Positions 7,151 to 13,217 of a stretch of DNA of 13,217 nt are shown piece by piece. The position numbers were made by a program, and so were the translations under genes. Source of the stretch: Elusimicrobiota bacterium (lineage in GTDB: Bacteria > Elusimicrobiota > Elusimicrobia > Elusimicrobiales > UBA9959); assembly GCA_037137395.1 (NCBI GenBank), contig JBAXKK010000074.1, forward strand, positions 1 through 13,217. Direction: 5' to 3'. The notes beneath the pieces were generated by a model. The model worked only from the letters and a program-made list of their open reading frames with translations, ran no database searches and had not been told where the DNA came from. The first letter of the stretch is position 1, and every line of letters begins with the position of its first letter.

Positions 7151-8890
7151 ATGGAACTATTCAGATACCCCGTGGAACTTATCTGGCTGACGCTGGGATT
7201 CGTCGCGCTATTGTTCGTCTATTTTAAGGCCCGAACCGCGGCTACTCGGGCCGCAGCAGAGTTAATGGATTCCGGACAGCTTTCAAAACTGTCCGGGGAA
7301 AATGCGCTAACCAGAAAGCAGATCCGCGACCGTATATACCTGACGGCGATGGCGTTCCTTGTGGCAGCGGCGGCAGGGCCGCAGTGGGGAATGGAAATGG
7401 CCCCGGTCACAGATCTGAGCGGCAGCCTGGTTGTAGCCGTGGACACCTCCGCCTCTATGGGCGCCAAGGATATCAAGCCTTCAAGGATAGAGAATTCAAA
7501 GCTCATGCTCAGCGCGCTCACCGATAAATTCCAGGACTACCGGATGGGTGTCATTGCTTTCAGCGGCGACGCCTATATTCAATGCCCGCTGACCACGGAC
7601 TCTGATGCCATAAAATACTTTCTCTCCTATCTGGCTCCCGGCATCCTGCCAACCCCCGGCACGAACATCGCCTCCGCCATAACGGCCGCAGAACGCATGC
7701 TAGGAAAATATTCCGGAGCTAAGGTCCTCGTGCTCATAACTGACGGAGAGGATCTGGAAGGCAAGGTCGATGAGGCGCTCAACTCGGCCGCGGCCGCGAA
7801 CCTGAAAATATTCACCGTGGGCGTGGGGAAGACGGAAGGGGAGCTGATACCGATGGCGGATCAGACCGGCGGCTTCACCGAATATAAAAAAGACTCTTCA
7901 GGCAAGACGATCGTGACGCATCTGGACGAATTCAATCTGCTTAAAATAGCGCGAAAAACCGGGGCCGAATATATTCGTTACGGCGGTGATCCGGAAGCCA
8001 CGGCGGACGAGATACGCGCCACAGTCGGCAAAATTGCCCAGTCAAAGACCAAGGGTTTCGGTAAAGCCGCGTACAAGAACCGTTATCGCGCGCCGCTCCT
8101 TATCGCGTTCCTCCTGTTTTTGATAGAATTGATGTTTATGGAAAAAGGATTCCCGCCGTTCATGGCGAAGCTCCTGCGGCGGTTTCGTAAAACGCCGCCG
8201 GCCCTTCTGCTGTCCGCGCTGGCCCTTTTTTCCGCTTCGCCGGATTCCGCCATTGCGGCATCGCCAGAAGGCCTGGCGCGTCTGGGAAACAGCGCCTACT
8301 ATAAGAAGGATTTCTCTAAAGCCTACGAGCAATATTCAAAGGCTCTGGAAAAAAGCCCGAAGAACGCCAGAATACTATTCAACAGGGGCGCGGCTTTCTA
8401 CCGCATGGAAGATTACGCTAAGGCCGCGGAGGATTTTGAGGAGGCCGCCAAAACCTCCAAATTTAAAAGCGCAGCCGATTATAACGCCGGCAACGCCTAT
8501 TACAAAATGTCAGATCTCACGAAGGCTATAGAAAAATATCGTTCAGCGATAATCGCCGGCCGCGGCGACACTGAAAACGCCAGATATAATCTGCAGAAAG
8601 CCCTTGAACAGCAGAAACAGAACCAAAATCAATGCAAAAATAACAAGCCTGACCAGAAAAAGCAAGAGCAGGAGCAGAAGCCAAAGCAAGAAGACAAAAG
8701 TGGTGGAAAGGATCAGGAGAAAAAAGACCAGGCGGAGCAGAAGAAAAAAGAAGCGGCCCGCCAGCAAGCCGACAAATTATTGGAACTGATGAAAGAAAAA
8801 GAGAAATCTTCTGGAAATCGCGAGATGATGAACGCCCGCTTCAACAATAAACCTCAGAAGAAAAAAAATGTTTCGGGAAAAGACTGGTAA
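7151..8890 (+). CDS. batB: BatB-BatC fusion: VWA domain + TPR repeats + Q/K/E-rich tail ending KDW
   Basis: AAAGPQWG, MIDAS DTSAS, GTNIASAI and LITDGED (BatB). These are followed by TPRs (LGNSAYYKKDF, FNRGAAFYRMEDY, YNAGNAYYKM, ARYNLQKAL), a low-complexity Q/K/E linker and the BatC-type C-terminal KDW. Confidence 0.9.
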   Translation: MELFRYPVELIWLTLGFVALLFVYFKARTAATRAAAELMDSGQLSKLSGENALTRKQIRDRIYLTAMAFLVAAAAGPQWGMEMAPVTDLSGSLVVAVDTSASMGAKDIKPSRIENSKLMLSALTDKFQDYRMGVIAFSGDAYIQCPLTTDSDAIKYFLSYLAPGILPTPGTNIASAITAAERMLGKYSGAKVLVLITDGEDLEGKVDEALNSAAAANLKIFTVGVGKTEGELIPMADQTGGFTEYKKDSSGKTIVTHLDEFNLLKIARKTGAEYIRYGGDPEATADEIRATVGKIAQSKTKGFGKAAYKNRYRAPLLIAFLLFLIELMFMEKGFPPFMAKLLRRFRKTPPALLLSALALFSASPDSAIAASPEGLARLGNSAYYKKDFSKAYEQYSKALEKSPKNARILFNRGAAFYRMEDYAKAAEDFEEAAKTSKFKSAADYNAGNAYYKMSDLTKAIEKYRSAIIAGRGDTENARYNLQKALEQQKQNQNQCKNNKPDQKKQEQEQKPKQEDKSGGKDQEKKDQAEQKKKEAARQQADKLLELMKEKEKSSGNREMMNARFNNKPQKKKNVSGKDW

Positions 8891-8899
8891 CCCGGCGAC

Positions 8900-8927
8900 A
8901 GTGGCGAGTGGATAGTGGTAAGTGGTC
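8900..8927 (+). repeat. Heptamer tandem repeat AGTGGNN x4
   Basis: AGTGGCG-AGTGGAT-AGTGGTA-AGTGGTC. The first 18 nt are identical to 6930-6947. Confidence 0.8.
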
Positions 8928-8970
8928 GGCCGTGCGGTAAGGGTCTATGTTCACTGACTACCAATTTATT

Positions 8971-10824
8971 ATGCACTATACATTTAAGTTATACATGGGA
9001 TTAATTATCGCGTCACTGGTTTTACTGGCGGCCGGACCAGCGGCGGCTTTGTTATCCATCTCGGCGGAAACCGACAGGGAAAGCGTGGAGATAAACGACA
9101 GTCTCAATCTGATCGTGACGGTCAGCGGCGACTCCGCCTCTGTACCCGAACCTGACCTGCCCCAGATGAATAATTTCAACATCTACTCCTCCGGCAGGAG
9201 CCAGAACATTTCCATCGTGAACGGCAAGATAACCACTTCCGTCGCCTTCACCTATATACTCTCGCCCAGGTTCATCGGAAAACAGAAGATCCCGCCCATC
9301 CCGGTCTTTGACGGCAAAGAAAAATATGCAACGAAGGAATTAGAGATAACAGTTGTAAAGGCCGCCTCGGCCGCGCAGGCTTCCCAACCGCAGACCGCGC
9401 AGAGAACCCGTGCCGCGGCCGGCGCCCAAACCTCGCTGAAGCCGGAAGACACTATCTACATGACGGCCGAAACAGATAAGAAAGCCGCCTACCCCAATGA
9501 ACAAGTCAACCTGACCATCAGGTTTTATACCGCGGTGTCGCTGACCTCTAACCCGCAGTACATCCCGCCCCAGTTCAAAAATCTTATAGCCGAAGATCTG
9601 CCGCCAGCAAGAAACGGGGAGACAGTGATCAAGGGAGTGCGCTACTACCACACTGACATCAAAACAGCGCTATTCGGCATAGAAGAGGGCCCGGCCGCGG
9701 TCAACCCGGCGACCATTATCGCGCAGGTCCATAAGGAAAGCGCTATAGATCCTTTTGACCCCAACTTTTTCCAGAAGTTCTTCGCTCTGAGCGCCGGGCA
9801 AGGAGAAACCCGCCAGATCCAAAGCCCAACAGCCGCGCTCAGGATCCTGCCGCTGCCCGAAGGCGCTCCGGCGTCGTTCAAAGGCTCAGTCGGCAATTTC
9901 GCGCTATCAGCCGACCTTAGCCCAAAGGAAGTAAAAACCGGAGAAGCCCTAAACCTATCAATAACTATTACCGGCAAAGGTAATTTAAAAACGATCACGG
10001 CGCCAACGCCGCCGAACATGTCCGACTTCAAGGTTTACAACACCATGAGTTCGCTTGACATATCCAAGGAAAATGACGTCATAGGCGGCAAAAAGGTCTT
10101 TACCACCGTCCTCATCCCCAAAACCGCGGGTCGGCTGACCATCCCGCAAATTAAATTTTCTTTCTTCGATCCGGAAGCGAAGGCCTACCGCGAATTATCA
10201 TGCGGACCTTTCGAGATCAATGTCGCACAAGGGGGCGGGGAGGGGAAAACCTTCTCGTTCACCCATGGAGGACAAGCCGCGGGCATAACGCCGCTCTCCT
10301 CCGATATCCGCTACGTGAGCGACCGGGCGAAACCGCCGCTCACGGGGACTCTTGCGGGGCGCATCTCCACCCTGCCGGTCTGGATGAATTTTTTCCCCGT
10401 GGCGATTGTTCTTCTGAGCTTATGGCTCGCGCGCCTTAACGATTTCCGGCTCAAGAATCCGCTGCTTTTCCGCTTCAGGAAAGCCCACGGCGAGGCGCGC
10501 GCCGATATTGCCGGCGCCGCGGAAAAATTGAAGACCGCTCAGCCTAAGGAGGCGGCCTCCATTCTTTACGACTCACTCCTGGCGTATCTTTCTGACAAGT
10601 CCGGTTACAAGGTCAGCGGGCTGACGATGAAACGGGCCCGCGTCCTGCTTAAAGAAAAATTCCCGGGCGCCGGAGAGCACTCGCTCGCAGAAATAACAGA
10701 CCTCTGGGAGCGGCTGGAGGCCTTGCATTATTCTCCGGCCGGGGCCACGCCTGAAGAGGGGAAGTATCTGCTTGAAAAATATACCGCCCTTCTGGATCTG
10801 CTGGAAAAGGATTTCAAAAAATGA
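8971..10824 (+). CDS. batD: BatD-family protein (multiple beta-sandwich domains, C-terminal TM)
   Basis: Signal peptide (LIIASLVLLAAGPAAA), SQNISIVNGK, Y.NEQV.LT, LRILPLP, FKGSVGNF, ITGKGNL, FSFFDPEAKAY, SDIRYV and TM WMNFFPVAIVLLSLWL. Start uncertain (8947, 8971 or 8995). Confidence 0.9.
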   Translation: MHYTFKLYMGLIIASLVLLAAGPAAALLSISAETDRESVEINDSLNLIVTVSGDSASVPEPDLPQMNNFNIYSSGRSQNISIVNGKITTSVAFTYILSPRFIGKQKIPPIPVFDGKEKYATKELEITVVKAASAAQASQPQTAQRTRAAAGAQTSLKPEDTIYMTAETDKKAAYPNEQVNLTIRFYTAVSLTSNPQYIPPQFKNLIAEDLPPARNGETVIKGVRYYHTDIKTALFGIEEGPAAVNPATIIAQVHKESAIDPFDPNFFQKFFALSAGQGETRQIQSPTAALRILPLPEGAPASFKGSVGNFALSADLSPKEVKTGEALNLSITITGKGNLKTITAPTPPNMSDFKVYNTMSSLDISKENDVIGGKKVFTTVLIPKTAGRLTIPQIKFSFFDPEAKAYRELSCGPFEINVAQGGGEGKTFSFTHGGQAAGITPLSSDIRYVSDRAKPPLTGTLAGRISTLPVWMNFFPVAIVLLSLWLARLNDFRLKNPLLFRFRKAHGEARADIAGAAEKLKTAQPKEAASILYDSLLAYLSDKSGYKVSGLTMKRARVLLKEKFPGAGEHSLAEITDLWERLEALHYSPAGATPEEGKYLLEKYTALLDLLEKDFKK

Positions 10825-11573
10825 GAAAGACAATATTGCCGTTGCCGGTGTTATTCGTTCTTTTTTCCGCCGGTTCCGCCGGCGCCTATGACCGCAGCGT
10901 TCTGGCGGAATACAATGACCTGTATAAAAGCGGCAGTTACCAATCAGCGCTGGAGGGCTATAAGGAAATAGCCGTAAAGGAGCCCTACAACCCCTACGCC
11001 TTCTACAACGCCGGCAACGCCTATTTCCGCATGAATAAGCCGGGGCTGGCAATACTATACTACGGCAAAGCCTTCCGATTGGATCCCCGCGACGCCGATA
11101 TCCGCACCAACCTTGACTTCGCCATGAGGCACACGGGGCAGACGCTGGTGCCGGAAGGCCTGCCCAAAACTCTCCACTACCTTTATTATTTTTTTTCCGA
11201 CCTGGAACTTAGGGCTGTGGTCACATCTTTCTGGTGGCTCGCCTGCCTGTTATTCTCTTTGTACGCCCTTAAAGCCGGTCTGCGCGATAAGTTAAGGGGA
11301 GCGCTTCTGGCCTCGGTTCTGACCTTAACCGGGGCGCTTATGTGGATCACGGCCCGTTCTTCTTCCGCGTTTGAGAACGCAGCGGTCATCACGACCGAAG
11401 GTTCGGCCAAGCTGCTGAGCGGTCCCGGCGAAACCTTTAAAGCGTATGCCACCCTGCCCGAAGCAAGGATTGTGAAGATCCTGGACGACAGCGACGACAT
11501 CTACTACGAGGTAGGCATTCCGCGCGAAGGCATAAAAGGCTGGATAAAAAAAACCGCCGCGGAGAAGATTTAA
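10821..11573 (+). CDS. batE: BatE-like protein (TPR + two TM helices + SH3-like domain)
   Basis: Signal peptide, TPR FYNAGNAYFRMNKPGLAILYYGKAFRLDPRDADIRTNL, two TM segments, and C-terminal LLSGPG....LPE....GIKGWI (SH3b-like). ATGA overlap with batD. Confidence 0.88.
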   Translation: MRKTILPLPVLFVLFSAGSAGAYDRSVLAEYNDLYKSGSYQSALEGYKEIAVKEPYNPYAFYNAGNAYFRMNKPGLAILYYGKAFRLDPRDADIRTNLDFAMRHTGQTLVPEGLPKTLHYLYYFFSDLELRAVVTSFWWLACLLFSLYALKAGLRDKLRGALLASVLTLTGALMWITARSSSAFENAAVITTEGSAKLLSGPGETFKAYATLPEARIVKILDDSDDIYYEVGIPREGIKGWIKKTAAEKI

Positions 11574-11648
11574 AAAAAGTCAGAAGCGGCCTTTTTCATA
11601 TCGCATCATCCCACACGCCATAAAAATCAAACAAAAATTACTTTTTCG

Positions 11649-11682
11649 CCGCGACAGGACGCTGTCGGGGAGGGCTGCTATA
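11649..11682 (+). repeat. Hairpin-containing direct repeat, copy 1 (upstream of TA module 1)
   Basis: CCGCGACAGGACGCTGTCGGGGAGGGCTGCTATA. The core 11652-11682 matches 12474-12503 at 28 of 31 positions. Internal hairpin CGACAG-GACG-CTGTCG. Confidence 0.8.
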
Positions 11683-11708
11683 TTATACATGTAGTCAAAA
11701 CGCGGCTC

Positions 11709-11737
11709 TTGACAAATTGTCTTTTATAAGATACACT
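11709..11737 (+). promoter_or_regulatory. Sigma70 promoter with overlapping palindromic operator for TA module 1
   Basis: TTGACA (11709-11714), 17-bp spacer, TACACT (11732-11737). Imperfect palindrome TGTCTTTTATAAGATACA (11718-11735) and GACAA-A-TTGTC (11711-11721). Confidence 0.75.
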
Positions 11738-11750
11738 ATGGGAGAGATAT

Positions 11751-12080
11751 ATGCAGGCACGACAAAGAAAGGTTCTGCACTATGTCGTAGATGGAAAAGA
11801 TTTGTTCGGGGAATGGCTGGACGACTTGAATGATATTTCAGGCCGGGCCGCGATACTTAAACGCATCGACCGGGTTGAAGAGGGAAATTTCGGCGACCAC
11901 TGCGGCGCAGGGCATGGGGTTTGGGAACTGAGGATACATTATGGCCCTGGTTATCGCGTTTATTATGGGGAAGACGGCCCCAAAATAGTTCTGCTTCTTT
12001 GCGGCGGACACAAAAGGACTCAAGGGAGGGACATCCGCAAAGCTCATAAACTTTGGCTTAGTTACGGGAGGGGAAAATGA
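11751..12080 (+). CDS. Type II TA toxin, RelE/ParE superfamily (addiction module killer, HigB-like)
   Basis: F.EWLDDL.D, RIDRVEEGNFGD, GVWELRIHYGPGYRVYY and LLLCGG.KRTQ..DI.KA signature of the addiction-module killer family. SD GGGAG upstream. Confidence 0.95.
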   Translation: MQARQRKVLHYVVDGKDLFGEWLDDLNDISGRAAILKRIDRVEEGNFGDHCGAGHGVWELRIHYGPGYRVYYGEDGPKIVLLLCGGHKRTQGRDIRKAHKLWLSYGRGK

Positions 12081-12448
12081 AACAGACTATATCTCATCAT
12101 ACCTATTTAGTCAAGCACCTGGCCAAACCCAGCGAGGCGGCGGCATATCTTAATTCCGTAGCGGAGGACAGTGACATAAAATCCCTTCTTAAAGCCCTGC
12201 GCAATGTTGTTGCTGCCCAAGGCGGCATTGGGGAGCTGGCAAAAGCCGTAAATATGAGCCGCACCACCCTTTACAAAACGCTCTCGCCATCCGGCAACCC
12301 TGAGATCTCCACGCTGGAAGCTATCTTAAGATTTTATGGCATTCGCATCGGCTTTTTCGCTATCGCCCGGGCCAATACCAGCCACAGGAAGTCCTTATCC
12401 CTGCCACGCAACAGTAACGCCCATTACCGATTCAATAGCACCACATAA
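12077..12448 (+). CDS. Type II TA antitoxin (addiction module antidote, HTH)
   Basis: EAAAYLN, LLKALRNVVAAQGGIGELAKAVNMSRTTLYKTLSPSGNPEISTL signature. ATGA overlap with the toxin. About 25 aa of atypical C-terminal tail. Confidence 0.93.
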   Translation: MKQTISHHTYLVKHLAKPSEAAAYLNSVAEDSDIKSLLKALRNVVAAQGGIGELAKAVNMSRTTLYKTLSPSGNPEISTLEAILRFYGIRIGFFAIARANTSHRKSLSLPRNSNAHYRFNSTT

Positions 12449-12470
12449 AAGCCCAAAACCTTCTTTTATA

Positions 12471-12503
12471 CCACGACAGACGCTGTCGGGGAGTGCTGCC
12501 ATA
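12471..12503 (+). repeat. Hairpin-containing direct repeat, copy 2 (upstream of TA module 2)
   Basis: CCACGACAGACGCTGTCGGGGAGTGCTGCCATA, with hairpin CGACAG-ACG-CTGTCG. Confidence 0.8.
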
Positions 12504-12543
12504 CTTAAAAGAAGAAGCATTAATTTGCGCAGCAAAACAGGTC

Positions 12544-12572
12544 TTGCGCATACAGTATTTATACTGTATACT
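12544..12572 (+). promoter_or_regulatory. Sigma70 promoter with perfect palindromic operator for TA module 2
   Basis: TTGCGC (12544-12549), 17-bp spacer, TATACT (12567-12572). A perfect inverted repeat ATACAGTAT-TT-ATACTGTAT (12550-12569) fills the spacer. Confidence 0.75.
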
Positions 12573-12593
12573 ATTTTAAGCGAGGGGGACGGG

Positions 12594-12932
12594 ATGTATT
12601 ACATTGAATTTTACCAGACCCCATGCGCGGACTGCCCAGCGAGCAACTTTTTGGCGGGACTGCAGGTTAAAGTCAGGGCTAAGACTGCAAAGTGGCTGCA
12701 ACTTCTTCAGGAGGAGGGGCCGGACCTGAAAAGGCCGTATGCGGATATGCTCCGGGACGGTATAAGGGAGTTGCGGATTTCCTTCGGACATGTCGAGGTT
12801 CGGCTGCTATATTTTATAGAAGGCAAGACTATAGTCCTTACTAATGGATTTTTAAAGAAGACTCAACAGACGCCGGCGCTGGAGATTGAAAGAGCAAAAA
12901 GATACCGGGCTGGATGGCTCCGATTAAAGTAA
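12594..12932 (+). CDS. Type II TA toxin, RelE/ParE superfamily (Gp49-like/HigB-like)
   Basis: YYIEFYQT....CP...FL..L..KVRAK, LQEEGPDLKRPYADMLRDGIRELRI, RLLYF and VLTNGFLKKTQQTP..EIERAK. The likely start is ATG 12594 (SD GAGGGG), not the track's 12336. Confidence 0.93.
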   Translation: MYYIEFYQTPCADCPASNFLAGLQVKVRAKTAKWLQLLQEEGPDLKRPYADMLRDGIRELRISFGHVEVRLLYFIEGKTIVLTNGFLKKTQQTPALEIERAKRYRAGWLRLK

Positions 12933-12939
12933 TTAATTT

Positions 12940-13217
12940 ATGAAAAACAAAAAACTACTTTTTAATGACTGGCTCAAAACCGAGCTTAAGAATAAAGAAT
13001 TCAAAAAGGCTTTTGACTCTGAGGATATTCGCGCGCGTCTAGCTCTCCTGATCGCGGAGAAGCGACACAAACTGGGAATGAGCCAGGCGGAGCTGGCGCG
13101 GCGCATTCATACCAAGCAGCAGGTAGTTTCGGATATAGAAACCCTGAAGCACTCAAACATAACGGTCCTAACCCTGAATAAAATCGCCAAGGCATTGAAC
13201 AGCCACTTAACTATCTC
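12940..13217 (+). CDS. XRE/Cro-type HTH antitoxin (HigA-like), truncated by the window end
   Basis: Hand translation from ATG 12940: MKNKKLLFNDWLKTELKNKEFKKAFDSEDIRARLALLIAEKRHKLGMSQAELARRIHTKQQVVSDIETLKHSNITVLTLNKIAKALNSHLTI..., open to the edge. It is absent from the ORF track because no stop falls in the window. Confidence 0.92.
   Translation, partial: MKNKKLLFNDWLKTELKNKEFKKAFDSEDIRARLALLIAEKRHKLGMSQAELARRIHTKQQVVSDIETLKHSNITVLTLNKIAKALNSHLTI

Noticed and set aside
8608..8770. A-rich low-complexity tract as a DNA repeat element
   Set aside because: It encodes the Q/K/E-rich linker normal for BatC-type proteins.
11649..12503. Integron attC sites or IS terminal repeats flanking TA module 1
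   Set aside because: No RYYYAAC...GTTRRRY ends, no integrase or transposase in the window, and no evident target-site duplication. Kept only as an unexplained direct repeat.
12550..12569. LexA SOS box in the TA2 promoter
   Set aside because: The arms are in the opposite orientation (ACAGT...ACTGT) to the proteobacterial CTGT-N8-ACAG box. It is better explained as an antitoxin operator.
12336..12593. 86-aa N-terminal extension of toxin 2 in the ORF track
   Set aside because: It overlaps antitoxin 1 and runs through the repeat and promoter. The RelE-like domain and an SD begin at ATG 12594.
254..13195. Numerous antisense and alternate-frame ORFs in the track (e.g. 254-658, 2222-2776, 9645-10031, 10573-11052, 13001-13195)
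   Set aside because: All overlap well-supported genes and show no recognisable motifs. They are typical shadow ORFs.

Overview
Bacterial chromosomal window. It opens with a bidirectional terminator-like hairpin (6-38) and an unexplained chain of six abutting hairpins (115-224). A minus-strand RDD-family membrane protein with a C-terminal extension resembling a type IV pilin head follows. The + strand then carries a class II (Ntn) glutamine amidotransferase, a membrane-anchored HEAT-repeat protein, and a complete MoxR/Bat-type operon behind a consensus sigma70 promoter: moxR, DUF58, conserved membrane protein, batA, batB-batC fusion, batD, batE. The three non-overlapping gene junctions in that operon are filled with 7-mer/8-mer short tandem repeats. 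The window ends with two tandem toxin-first type II toxin-antitoxin modules (RelE/ParE-family toxin plus HTH antitoxin; the last gene is cut by the window edge). Each module is preceded by the same ~30-60 bp hairpin-containing repeat and by its own promoter with a palindromic operator, which looks like a cassette-organised TA array. Gene content is compatible with Elusimicrobiota, but that is only an impression. All family assignments are by motif recognition; no database search was run.
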